NCBI GenBank assembly: GCA_965216465.1
Contig: CBDCFW010000005.1
Location: 576,001 to 640,000, forward strand
Direction: 5' to 3'
Origin: Bacteroidia bacterium
GTDB lineage: Bacteria > Bacteroidota > Bacteroidia > NS11-12g > UBA9320
DNA: 64,000 bases
Of this stretch, positions 30,679-40,176 are shown piece after piece. Both the position numbers and the translations under genes were made by a program. The notes under the pieces are model-generated. The model searched no databases. It was not told the DNA's origin and saw only the letters and a program-made list of their open reading frames with translations. Position 1 is the first letter of the stretch; each line of letters begins with the position of its first letter.

Positions 30679-31593
30679 CTAGAAATTATTGCGGTATTCT
30701 TTAGGAGGGATTCCCGTTTTAGTCTTAAAAAACCTTGTAAAGTACTGAGGATAGTTAAAGCCGAGCTTAAACGCAATCTCGCTTATCGAATATTCACTAC
30801 CATGGAGCAAATTCTTCGCCCTGTCAATAACTTGATCGTCGATATGTTCCTTTACGGTTCGGCCTGTTTCTTTTTTTATAATATCACTAAGATAATGAGG
30901 GGAAAGATCCATTTGATTTGCAAAAAATGCAGTATCGGGAACTTCAGTAAGTGATGAATTCTCAGCGTGAAAATGATCAATTAATAACCTTTCGAATTTG
31001 GCTAATTTCTCATTATTCTCGAATTGTCTTGTTTCAAACTGTCGCTCATAAAATCGCTGGCAATACTTGAGCAGCAATTCAATATTCGATACGATTAAAT
31101 TCGAGCTATGCTGATCTGTACTCTTGTTGTATTCATCGACAATATTTTCAACGATTTTATCCGTAATTGACTGCTCTTTCTGAGATAGATGTAATGCTTC
31201 GAATACATCATAGTTAAAGAAATTGAATTGTCGGATATAATTATCCAATGAGTGTTTTCTTAGAAGATTGGGGTGAAAATACAAAATCCAGCCCTTCATA
31301 TCTCCCAACTTCACTTGCTCAACGGGGGAATACAATTGGCCCGGAGCCGCAAATACCATAGTGCCTTGATGAAAGTCGTAGCTCCTCCTCCCATACAAAA
31401 TTCCATCACTGTTGTCCTTTTTTGAAATTGAATAAAGATTATACATCAGTGTTGTGTCTAGCATAGCTTCTTCTACTTCAATATCTGCCGCATTGATCAA
31501 TGAAATATGAGGATGGCTAGGCTCAGGAAGTCCCATGGCTTTGTGAATCTGACTTATCGTATCCACTCTGATAATCTCGGTGCTCTTTTGCAT
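30679..31593 (-). CDS. AraC-family transcriptional regulator
   Basis: YGRRSYDF, EALHLS, SPHYLSDIIKKETG, ISEIAFKLGFNYPQYFTRFFK. Confidence 0.93.
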   Translation of the reverse strand: MQKSTEIIRVDTISQIHKAMGLPEPSHPHISLINAADIEVEEAMLDTTLMYNLYSISKKDNSDGILYGRRSYDFHQGTMVFAAPGQLYSPVEQVKLGDMKGWILYFHPNLLRKHSLDNYIRQFNFFNYDVFEALHLSQKEQSITDKIVENIVDEYNKSTDQHSSNLIVSNIELLLKYCQRFYERQFETRQFENNEKLAKFERLLIDHFHAENSSLTEVPDTAFFANQMDLSPHYLSDIIKKETGRTVKEHIDDQVIDRAKNLLHGSEYSISEIAFKLGFNYPQYFTRFFKTKTGIPPKEYRNNF

Positions 31594-31623
31594 CAGTCAA
31601 TCAAAGATAAATTTTCTCCACCA

Positions 31624-32463
31624 CTAATTTATCACCAACCTATACCCCACTCCTCGAATATTTACAATCTTTACGTTGGGGTCTGAATTTAGTTTTTTGC
31701 GGAGTTTGGAGATAAAGACATCCAAGGTGCGTCCTTCATAACTTCCAGCATCTCCCCATACTTGGTTTAAGATGTAGTCTCTTTCGAGGGTTATATTCTC
31801 ATTTGAATACAGCAAGAAGAGTAAATCAGACTCGGTGCTCGAAAGTTCAAGCGTTTCTGCTCTGAGAAGGAGTAACATTCCTTTTCGATCAAATTGATAT
31901 TTTCCAATTTTTATAAGTTCTGCTTTCTTGTTTTTCTTAGAGTTCACTAACCAAAAAACCGCAGCCCCAGCAAGTAGAATGATGCCCAAAAGAATGCCTG
32001 TTGAAAATGATGATTCTCGGCTGTTTGTCGTCAGCTTAGCTTCAAGAATTGGAGTAAAATAAAAGGTATAGCAATCGTCAGGCAATATTCTACCTCTACA
32101 AGCAATATCATCGACACTAGACTGGGCAATAAAACTATGTATTACCTCGTCTGTGCCACATTTTTGTACTTCTACTATAAGCTCACCGTCCCATTTTCTT
32201 TCACTTAAGACTTGGGTAACCGCATAAAGCAGTGCATCTGGGGCGAATTCAAATTGTCGTTCGAATGATACTACATAGCGATCTCCTTCTACTTCAATTG
32301 GCAAGACTCTAGAAGTACTGTCGTCTTGTTGTATTAGAAATTTATGTCCAATCTCTCGAAACATTATTTTGAGAAACTGGTCGTCAGTTTGGGCAACAGC
32401 ATCGCTGCAAATACTCAGTACGAGTACGATACCAATACACATCCAACTTGACAAGAATCTCAT
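31624..32463 (-). CDS. Membrane-anchored one-component regulator: periplasmic domain, TM helix, OmpR-type winged helix
   Basis: Signal peptide, TM (ILLGIILLAGAAVFWLV), RTLDVFISKLRKKL...IVNIRGVGYRL; no receiver domain. Confidence 0.85.
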   Translation of the reverse strand: MRFLSSWMCIGIVLVLSICSDAVAQTDDQFLKIMFREIGHKFLIQQDDSTSRVLPIEVEGDRYVVSFERQFEFAPDALLYAVTQVLSERKWDGELIVEVQKCGTDEVIHSFIAQSSVDDIACRGRILPDDCYTFYFTPILEAKLTTNSRESSFSTGILLGIILLAGAAVFWLVNSKKNKKAELIKIGKYQFDRKGMLLLLRAETLELSSTESDLLFLLYSNENITLERDYILNQVWGDAGSYEGRTLDVFISKLRKKLNSDPNVKIVNIRGVGYRLVIN

Positions 32464-32513
32464 AAAGCAAAACTAGTTATAACTGCTTTGTAATCAGCAT
32501 AATTTAAGATTAA

Positions 32514-32540
32514 TTACACGCGATTTACACTATTTTACAT
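32514..32540 (+). promoter_or_regulatory. Triple direct repeat TTACAY (probable winged-helix binding site)
   Basis: TTACAC 32514, TTACAC 32525, TTACAT 32535 in the divergent promoter region. Confidence 0.6.
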
Positions 32541-32582
32541 TAGTTAAATCATGTACCATTGATGCTTCAATACTTTTACGCT

Positions 32583-33473
32583 ATGAAAAAACTACACATC
32601 ATATTTTTGGCTTTAATTTCAACTACTCTCACCCTCTCGTGTTCTCAAAAAGTCGATACAACTGCTTCTGCTTCATGTTCCAATAAAAAAGATATTCAGA
32701 AGAACGCTCCGCATCGTTATGGTGGCTGGTATTGTCCTGATAATTTGAATGGTTTTCCTGCGGTAAACTTAGCAAATTGGAATAACGTTCCGGTGGTAAA
32801 CGGTAGAATGCCAACAAAAGAAGAGGCTCAAAATGGTATTTCGCTTATACATGTTGACCCCATTCAATATCCAAATGCAGAGGTATATGACATGGAATTA
32901 CCTCAGCTTGCTATGTTCTATTGTCATCCTTCCAAAAGACCTGAAGTAGTCATAATCATACAAGCTTTTTCAATAGAAAAAGACACTATTGTCGGCTTTC
33001 GCTATCTAAACGGCGGTAATGGTTCTGCTCGATTAAACGAAGTCGACTTGATTGATGAATCAGAAGAGAAACTGCAAACAGATCATCGGTTTGTTACGTT
33101 AAACATGCACATAAATGCAGGTCAAGAAGATGTATGGAGAGTACTTACAGATACAGGATACCGCCATGAACTTCAAAAAAGTTTCGACCGTGATAATGCA
33201 CTTGGTTCTGGGTGGAGACATGCTACCAATGTGAACTTCCATTATGCGAATCAAGGAGAACGCACGTCCTCATTTGGCGATGTTTTGTACGGCAGCTACT
33301 ATATCCAAAATGTATGTAAAGACTATTCTGAAAAGTTCTTCATTCGTCAAACAGGTTCAGATGGGTCTACACTTCAACTTGTTTGCGGTCCCTTTGGGGA
33401 TGACTATGCCTCAGAAGAAGCAGATCTCTATTCGTGGGCTTTGAAGGTGAAAGATTTGGTTGAAGGGTGTTAG
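32583..33473 (+). CDS. Lipoprotein of unknown function with possible C-terminal SRPBCC-like domain
   Basis: Lipobox LSC from ATG 32583; HRYGGWYCPDN segment; INAGQEDVWRVLTD. Confidence 0.7.
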   Translation: MKKLHIIFLALISTTLTLSCSQKVDTTASASCSNKKDIQKNAPHRYGGWYCPDNLNGFPAVNLANWNNVPVVNGRMPTKEEAQNGISLIHVDPIQYPNAEVYDMELPQLAMFYCHPSKRPEVVIIIQAFSIEKDTIVGFRYLNGGNGSARLNEVDLIDESEEKLQTDHRFVTLNMHINAGQEDVWRVLTDTGYRHELQKSFDRDNALGSGWRHATNVNFHYANQGERTSSFGDVLYGSYYIQNVCKDYSEKFFIRQTGSDGSTLQLVCGPFGDDYASEEADLYSWALKVKDLVEGC

Positions 33474-33485
33474 AAATTTATAACT

Positions 33486-33517
33486 GCAGTTCTGTAAATG
33501 ATGCAGAACTGCTTTTT
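33486..33517 (+). terminator. Rho-independent terminator
   Basis: GCAGTTCTGTA-AATGA-TGCAGAACTGC followed by TTTTT. Confidence 0.8.
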
Positions 33518-33524
33518 ATCACGG

Positions 33525-34109
33525 TTAGTCTTTTCTTAAAAGTTCATAGATAATATAGGCTAATAGGAATCCGCCTATCACAACCCAATTTAGAATTTTC
33601 TTATTCCGTTCAAATTTTTTTGCATCATTAGAATCGGCATCATGCTGTCGATACTTAGATGACTTATGGCCATGAGAACTTGGTTTTAATCTTGCTCGAT
33701 CTATAATTTCTGGTATTGATTGACCTTCATTACTCCAATCGAATAATTCATCCAACAATAAGTCAACATAGCCGTCATTTTTCGGGTCGTATAAGGGTAA
33801 TTGGCCAGGTATATACAGTATCCCATCTTCTGCTGTTACCCAACATTGAAGCGTTTCTGCTATTTCATAAATCTTGTAAATAGATCCACTTTCACTGACT
33901 GGGTTAACGTTAATGCTGACACCTGATGATTCAATCCAAAGCAGAGGAGCATCCTCATCACTATTGTGAAACACTGTTTTTATCCCATCCCAGTCTCCAA
34001 TACTCAGTGAAGAATCTTGTTCAACAATTTTCAGCAAATTACTGTCCTCAACTCTAGTAAACTCCAAAGAATCCGAATTAAACTGCTCTAGATAAAGTAC
34101 CTGCGACAT
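33525..34109 (-). CDS. Hypothetical protein with C-terminal TM anchor
   Basis: 194-aa ATG ORF; hydrophobic WVVIGGFLLAYIIY near the C-terminus. Confidence 0.6.
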   Translation of the reverse strand: MSQVLYLEQFNSDSLEFTRVEDSNLLKIVEQDSSLSIGDWDGIKTVFHNSDEDAPLLWIESSGVSINVNPVSESGSIYKIYEIAETLQCWVTAEDGILYIPGQLPLYDPKNDGYVDLLLDELFDWSNEGQSIPEIIDRARLKPSSHGHKSSKYRQHDADSNDAKKFERNKKILNWVVIGGFLLAYIIYELLRKD

Positions 34110-34301
34110 TGGGTAAAAATAAATATATTCTTTTCAAATCTCTAAGATTATAAAGAATATAAAAAGTGTACCTGGTTTGCTATTGTCAAATTGAATTGAT
34201 AATCTGATGTTGGATTTCAATTTGATCTTATGCAATGGAATGCGCATGGCATTAAAGGAAAGATAAAACCAGCTAACCTATTTAGATCCAAATGCAATAT
34301 T

Positions 34302-34754
34302 CTAGCTTTTACCAAATCGATAGGACACACCCGCATAAGTTCTTAAAATGGCACTATCAAACTCTTTATTGAAGTAAGGAGAAAGTTCAAACAGAAGATG
34401 AACATTCTTATGTTTTACAAAAGGCTTAAATCTCGACCCAAACATGACCGAATACCCACCGATGTAGTCGCCATCCACAAAGCCATCTATAATATTACTC
34501 TTACAACTCAGGCCGGAATAAAGGTTGTATTCCACCGACCGTTTTAGATTGAAGCACAAGGCAATCTCTGGATTCAGGTTACCAAAAAAAGTATTGGTTT
34601 CAAGTCGTCCATCAACAAACAACAATCGTTCTGGATCTGATGTAATTGACAGGGTATTGTTAAATGGGAAATATCCAATTGAAGGCTGTTGAGCGAAGGT
34701 CACTTTCAAAGACAACATCAACAAGGTTAGTGTAAGTTTTATGTATTTATTCAT
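34302..34754 (-). CDS. Small putative outer-membrane beta-barrel protein
   Basis: Start reassigned to MNKYIKLTL (ATG 34754, ATGA overlap with the GH10 stop); signal peptide, amphipathic strands, terminal YAGVSYRF. Confidence 0.65.
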   Translation of the reverse strand: MNKYIKLTLTLLMLSLKVTFAQQPSIGYFPFNNTLSITSDPERLLFVDGRLETNTFFGNLNPEIALCFNLKRSVEYNLYSGLSCKSNIIDGFVDGDYIGGYSVMFGSRFKPFVKHKNVHLLFELSPYFNKEFDSAILRTYAGVSYRFGKS

Positions 34755-35791
34755 AGTGCTTCTTTTATACCGCAGTACATTGGTTTTGGTTGAAAATTTT
34801 CGTCCCACATACAAGGCCAATCTGCCCTGTTGAAGTAGTAACGTATCCACGTATCTGCATCCGAAATATTCCAAAATGAGATTCCGTATTGATACTTCTT
34901 GTCTAATCGCTTATACCCATTCACGATGGCTTTCAATTTCGCCTTTTGTCTCATGAGCATTTCATCAGTGGGAGCCTTGTACTTAGAAATGCTGTTCATA
35001 GAAATATCAATTTCAGAGTAGTAAACTAAAAGATCCGCTTTTTGGACCCCCATGGCCATATCATTAATTTCGGATACTTCTGGATACTCGTTGAATATGT
35101 GCAACTGGCAACCTAAACCATCAACAGGAATATTGGTTTCTTTAAAGGTTTTTAAGAGTCTTAGTACGGCGTCGAGTTTGTTCCTGTTCAAAGCGAGATT
35201 GTATTCATTGTAAAATAATTTCGCTTCAGGATCTGCTTCTCGAGCCCATTTAAATGCTTTGGCAATATAGGATGGCCCGATGTTCTTCTTCCAAACTGAA
35301 TTCCGTAATGTTCCATCTTCATTAAAAGCCTCATTGACCACAATCCAGGTTCCTATCTTGCCTTTATATCTCGAAACTATTGTCTGAATATGATCTTTCA
35401 ATATGGCTTCCCATTCTGCTTTAGATCCTTCAAACTCGTTCAGCCAATTGGGCAAGAAATCATGATAAACTAAGCTATGACCAACAAAATCTTGATTATT
35501 TCTCTGAGCAAAGTTCACCAAGGTATCATATTCACTCCAGTCGTAAACATAACGTTGAGGATGCACTTTATAAAGGAGCCATGCACGTTCTCCCGAGATT
35601 CGATTAAATTGACTTGCTGCGATATCTTTATATTCCCTATGACTTGCGAGCCAGTCGACGTCAATTGCTGCACCAATAGGAAAGTCAGCATTTAAGTACA
35701 AAGGGGTGTCATCATCACATAAGCTAAGCTCAGGTTTGGAACATGAAGTAAATAGTATTCCAATTAGAATTATGCCAAGAAGGCTATTCAT
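34751..35791 (-). CDS. GH10 endo-1,4-beta-xylanase-like lipoprotein
   Basis: Lipobox FTSC, GHSLVYH, WIVVNEA (acid/base), KLFYNEYN, DGLGCQLH, SEIDI (nucleophile); start at 35791 or 35803. Confidence 0.9.
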   Translation of the reverse strand: MNSLLGIILIGILFTSCSKPELSLCDDDTPLYLNADFPIGAAIDVDWLASHREYKDIAASQFNRISGERAWLLYKVHPQRYVYDWSEYDTLVNFAQRNNQDFVGHSLVYHDFLPNWLNEFEGSKAEWEAILKDHIQTIVSRYKGKIGTWIVVNEAFNEDGTLRNSVWKKNIGPSYIAKAFKWAREADPEAKLFYNEYNLALNRNKLDAVLRLLKTFKETNIPVDGLGCQLHIFNEYPEVSEINDMAMGVQKADLLVYYSEIDISMNSISKYKAPTDEMLMRQKAKLKAIVNGYKRLDKKYQYGISFWNISDADTWIRYYFNRADWPCMWDENFQPKPMYCGIKEAL

Positions 35792-35928
35792 TTTCTTTAG
35801 CATTTTAGTTAATGACACGAGCAATAATACCAAAATCTCAAATCTTGGTTATGCCGTAAATTCAAAATGACTCAAATTTGAATAAGATTATTAGCCCATA
35901 ATCTAAATCGACTGAACAAAATACAATT

Positions 35929-36330
35929 CTACTTCGCCTTAATCGGAACCTTCTTATACCTTCCCCAAGCGACAAAAGCTGCAAGCAGTAAGAATAAGAT
36001 TGTAGATGGAGACTCTCCAGCATAAATATGATAAGCTGTAGCAAGTAACATTACTGTTGCAATTCCTGCCGCTGCCATGGTCGTTAGTGCAGGTTTTATG
36101 CGTAGAGCTGCAGGTAAAATCAAGCCAAGAGCACCTAAAATTTCACTCACTCCAATAAAGCGCGTCATACCAATTCCCACAAAGCTTACAAATGTCATCT
36201 CACTATCTAACAACTGTTCAGGTGGCAATGCTACCTTCATAAAACCAACATAGCCAAATAATATGGCTAATACCACTTGGGCTGTCCACAAGGCAATGTT
36301 TAATCCTTTCGATTTTTTTTGTTCTGTCAT
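35929..36330 (-). CDS. DoxX-family membrane protein
   Basis: LWTAQVVLA...GFMK, FIGVSEILGALGLILP. Confidence 0.88.
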   Translation of the reverse strand: MTEQKKSKGLNIALWTAQVVLAILFGYVGFMKVALPPEQLLDSEMTFVSFVGIGMTRFIGVSEILGALGLILPAALRIKPALTTMAAAGIATVMLLATAYHIYAGESPSTILFLLLAAFVAWGRYKKVPIKAK

Positions 36331-36373
36331 TTTTCTAATTTTTCTTGATTTTCAGTGCGAAATTATTTAACAT

Positions 36374-36427
36374 TGATTACAATTTGTAATCAGTTACCCA
36401 AAAGTAACCAGTTACCTTTTGGTAATC
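36374..36427. promoter_or_regulatory. Three tandem TTAC-N5/6-GTAA palindromes (probable HxlR operators)
   Basis: TGATTACAATTTGTAATCA, GTTACCCAAAAGTAAC and GTTACCTTTTGGTAATC between divergent doxX and hxlR genes. Confidence 0.7.
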
Positions 36428-36442
36428 AACACCGTCTAAAAA

Positions 36443-36802
36443 ATGAAGAAGAAAGAGCACGTAGAATGTTTGTCAGCCATTATGCCCGTTAGAGATACGC
36501 TTGATGTTATCGGTGGTAAATGGAAGATCTTAATCCTAATTTCTATCTGGGAAGGCAATAAACATTTCAGAGAAATTGAACGCAGCATTCCAAAACTTAG
36601 TACCAAAGTACTGTCTAAAGAGTTAAAAGACATGGAGGCGAATAAGCTAATAAAAAGAGCTGTAATCAACGGATTTCCTGTGCGCACGGAATATACTCCT
36701 ACTGAGCATTCTAAAACACTCGAAAAAGTTATTGTTGAACTACACGATTGGGGACTTAATCACCGAGCCAAGATTTTTGGGACAGCAGAAGTTACTGCTT
36801 GA
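36443..36802 (+). CDS. HxlR-family winged-helix regulator
   Basis: LDVIGGKWKILIL, HFREIERSI, KVLSKELKDME, PVRTEY; N-terminal Cys. Confidence 0.92.
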   Translation: MKKKEHVECLSAIMPVRDTLDVIGGKWKILILISIWEGNKHFREIERSIPKLSTKVLSKELKDMEANKLIKRAVINGFPVRTEYTPTEHSKTLEKVIVELHDWGLNHRAKIFGTAEVTA

Positions 36803-36858
36803 TTATTCTTTCAATCTTATTTAAGATTTCTATACCTTCGTTAAAAGACCTTTACTCT

Positions 36859-37509
36859 TTGAACCTATCCGTAGATAACTATTTTATAGAAGGATGTGGG
36901 CGTTGTCCACTTGCTGCTACTGCAGCATGTAAAGTGCGGCATTGGGCAGATGAACTCGCTTTACTTCGATCAATAATTCAAACTTGTGGTCTCACTGAAG
37001 AATGCAAATGGGGTGTTCCCTGCTATACCTATAATGGAAAGAATGTCCTCACCATAAGTGCTCTTAATAACTATTGTGCCGTTAGTTTCTTTAAGGGTTC
37101 TCTCTTAAAAGATGACCTCAATTTACTTGTAAAGCCAGGACCTCATTCGCAAGTTGCACGACTTTTTAAGTTTACCAAGCCTGAAGAAATAGTTCAGAAT
37201 CAAGACCACATCAAAGCTTATATTTTCGAGGCCATAGCCAATGAAAAGGCCGGTCTAAAAGTAGAGTTTCAAAGCAGTATTGATGCCATGCCTAGTGAGT
37301 TAGAAGATAAACTCAATCAAGACCTTTATTTCAAATCAGCGTTCGAATCACTTACGCCTGGAAGGCAACGTGGTTATATAATCTATTTCTCACAACCTAA
37401 AAAATCAGAAACGAGAAAAACACGCATCGAAAAGTCGATCGAAAAAATTCTGAATGGCGAAGGTTTGCATGATAAATACTCCTCTAGAAAACGCGAAAAT
37501 CAGGAGTAA
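36859..37509 (+). CDS. YdeI/OmpD-associated family protein (DUF1801 plus OmdA-like)
   Basis: GCGRC, EECKWGVPCY, FFKGSLLKD, FESLTPGRQRGY; TTG 36859 preferred as start. Confidence 0.85.
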   Translation: MNLSVDNYFIEGCGRCPLAATAACKVRHWADELALLRSIIQTCGLTEECKWGVPCYTYNGKNVLTISALNNYCAVSFFKGSLLKDDLNLLVKPGPHSQVARLFKFTKPEEIVQNQDHIKAYIFEAIANEKAGLKVEFQSSIDAMPSELEDKLNQDLYFKSAFESLTPGRQRGYIIYFSQPKKSETRKTRIEKSIEKILNGEGLHDKYSSRKRENQE

Positions 37510-37666
37510 TTCTCCAGATAGCTTTGGCAACCCATTAACTTCTTACAATTTTTACAAGAACGCAATGCGCTGTATATCAGCTTATGAACAAGCAGCACCA
37601 GAACTAATTCGTTAACTTTTTTGCTGCTAGATGCAACCATCGATTCGGATGCTGGTATATCAAATT

Positions 37667-40081
37667 ATGAAATTCACGTCAGCAACCCTCATCAGCAAAA
37701 TTTCAATACTCACAGTTCTGATTCTTTTAAGTTTAAGTGCAAACGCACAACTTACACAAAGCATAAGAGGTTCTGTTAAAGACGCAGACACCAAACAAGC
37801 ATTAATTGGTGCAACGGTAATCGTAACCGCCAGTGACTTTAAGTCAGGAGCGATATCGGACGAGCAAGGTTTGTTCAAAATAGATGCAGTTCCTGTTGGC
37901 CGGGTAAACATCATTATAACTGTAGTTGGATACGAAGATCAAATCATGAATCAAGTTGACTTGAAGACGGCAAAAGAACTCATTCTCGAAGTAGAAATGC
38001 ATGAATCTTATTCAAAAGTGGATGCTGTTGTAGTTGCTGGAAGAAAGGCAAAAGACAAACCGCTTAATGAAATGGCCGCAGTTAGTGCTAGATCATTTAC
38101 TGTAGAAGAAACGAGCAGATATGCAGCAGCAGCATTTGATCCTGCGAGAATGGCTCAAAACTTCGCTGGGGTCACATCTGGTGGCGATGATTTATACAAT
38201 GAAATTGTAGTGCGTGGCAACTCACCAAAAGGTGTTCTCTGGCGACTAGAAGGTATCGAAGTGGCAAATCCAAATCACTTTGCACAAGGCGGAGCACAAG
38301 GAGGAGCAATAAGCATGTTAAGCAGCAGCACCCTTGGTAATTCAGACTTCTACACCGGTGCATTTTCAGCGGAATATGGCAACGCACTTTCAGGTGTTTT
38401 TGACCTCAAGTTTCGAAAGGGAAACAACGAGAAGCGAGAAAACTCGTTTATGGTTGGGGCACTTGGACTTGAGGTATCTACAGAAGGTCCATTTAGCAAG
38501 AACTACTCGGGATCATACTTAATAAACTACCGTTACTCCACCCTTGGGTTACTTGAAAAAGTTGGACTGTCTCCTACTGGTGATTTGCTTCCGGTTTATC
38601 AAGACCTATCTTACAACATTTCTTTACCCACTGAATCTTTTGGAAACTTTAATGTGTTTGGTGTTTTGGGACATAACATAGCAGAACTTTATGATGATTT
38701 TGATGAGAATGACACAACACTAGAGTCTAGACAATACTACGATGGATTTACTGAAATTGGATTTGTAAATGTTGCCGGTATTAAGCACGTAATAAACCTC
38801 GATGGCAAAAGCTATTTAAAAACAGTTGCTTCTCATTCATACAACGACGCAACTCTGTATGGAGAATCATTGCAAATTGATAGCATGACGTATAAATCCT
38901 TTCGTTTTGCCGAACAGGAGATTCAGAATTTAGAAACTTCAATAAGATTGAGCACCTTGTACAATCGTAAAATCAATAATCGAAATACCATTCGCGCAGG
39001 AGCTGTACTTTCAAAATTAGACTACAATTTCCAAAGCAAGTTTCACAACTATAAAGACAATGAAACCTTCATTGGATTTGATGATGAAAATCACTCGCTT
39101 CAATATCAATTCTTTGGTCAATGGAAGTCACGTATCACTTCTGACCTTACACTAAACACCGGCTTTCATATGACCCATTTGGCAGCAACATCATCTACTT
39201 CGTTTGAACCCAGAGCATCGCTTAGCTATAAGGCTTCAAAGAAACTGAGATTGACCATGTCGGCCGGCAAACATTCAAGGCCAGAACACTTAGCACTATA
39301 CTTGTACAAAGACATTAATGATGACGGAACATTTACCCGACCAAATGAAGATTTAGAGCTATCAAAAGCTTGGCATTATGTTGCCGCAATTGACTATACG
39401 ATAAATCCAGATATGCGATTGAAAGTTGAAGGCTACTACCAGCACCTTTATGATATTCCAATTTCATCAAAAGAAGGTTCAACAGTATCTGTATTGAACA
39501 CTAGCAATTACTGGGATGCCATTTTCAATGGCGACACGGTTGGCTTAATCAGCAATGGAAAGGGAATGAATTATGGAGTTGATATCACACTAGAGCGTTT
39601 CTTCTCAAAAGACTTTTACTACCTCGCAACACTCACCCTGTTTAGCAGTCAATACGAAACCTTAACAGACGAAAAGTACGATACAAAGTACAACGGAAAT
39701 TATCAGCTTAACTTACTTGGTGGTAAAGAGTTTGTATTGAGAAAAAAGAACAGAAGACTAGGCATTAATGGCAAGACCGTGATTTATGGAGGTAACCGTT
39801 ATACTCCAATTGACTTGCAACAATCTATCGAGAAAAACAGAATGATGCTTGACCAGAGTCAGCCATTCTCAGCTCAAGTTGATGATTATTTTAGATTTGA
39901 TATTGGAGTGAGTTATAAAATTAACCGTGACAAAAGCACACACACCATTATGCTGGATATCCAAAATGTTTCAAACCGACAAAACATTGCGGGATATTTC
40001 TACGACAGTGAGAAGAGAGATATTGATAGCTGGTCAATGACTGGATTATTCCCATTCTTTAATTATAGAATAGAATTTTAA
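37667..40081 (+). CDS. TonB-dependent receptor with N-terminal carboxypeptidase-regulatory-like domain
   Basis: IRGSVKD, DPARMAQNFAGV, NEIVVRGNSP, EGIEVANPNHF, EYGNALSGVFD, terminal YRIEF. Confidence 0.9.
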   Translation: MKFTSATLISKISILTVLILLSLSANAQLTQSIRGSVKDADTKQALIGATVIVTASDFKSGAISDEQGLFKIDAVPVGRVNIIITVVGYEDQIMNQVDLKTAKELILEVEMHESYSKVDAVVVAGRKAKDKPLNEMAAVSARSFTVEETSRYAAAAFDPARMAQNFAGVTSGGDDLYNEIVVRGNSPKGVLWRLEGIEVANPNHFAQGGAQGGAISMLSSSTLGNSDFYTGAFSAEYGNALSGVFDLKFRKGNNEKRENSFMVGALGLEVSTEGPFSKNYSGSYLINYRYSTLGLLEKVGLSPTGDLLPVYQDLSYNISLPTESFGNFNVFGVLGHNIAELYDDFDENDTTLESRQYYDGFTEIGFVNVAGIKHVINLDGKSYLKTVASHSYNDATLYGESLQIDSMTYKSFRFAEQEIQNLETSIRLSTLYNRKINNRNTIRAGAVLSKLDYNFQSKFHNYKDNETFIGFDDENHSLQYQFFGQWKSRITSDLTLNTGFHMTHLAATSSTSFEPRASLSYKASKKLRLTMSAGKHSRPEHLALYLYKDINDDGTFTRPNEDLELSKAWHYVAAIDYTINPDMRLKVEGYYQHLYDIPISSKEGSTVSVLNTSNYWDAIFNGDTVGLISNGKGMNYGVDITLERFFSKDFYYLATLTLFSSQYETLTDEKYDTKYNGNYQLNLLGGKEFVLRKKNRRLGINGKTVIYGGNRYTPIDLQQSIEKNRMMLDQSQPFSAQVDDYFRFDIGVSYKINRDKSTHTIMLDIQNVSNRQNIAGYFYDSEKRDIDSWSMTGLFPFFNYRIEF

Positions 40082-40084
40082 GGA

Positions 40085-40166
40085 TAGCACTAGCTAGAAG
40101 CTGGTGCTAGCTGGAGTGAGACGCTTCTGGTTTGTGTTAAATCACAAGCTAGAAGCTTGCTCTAGT
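40085..40166 (+). other. Two adjacent G:U-rich stem-loops between convergent genes
   Basis: TAGCACTAGC/GCTGGTGCTA and GCTGGAGTGA..GCTTCTGGTTTGTG/CACAAGCTAGAAGC-TTGCTCTAGT. Confidence 0.55.
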
Positions 40167-40176
40167 TACGCAAGTT

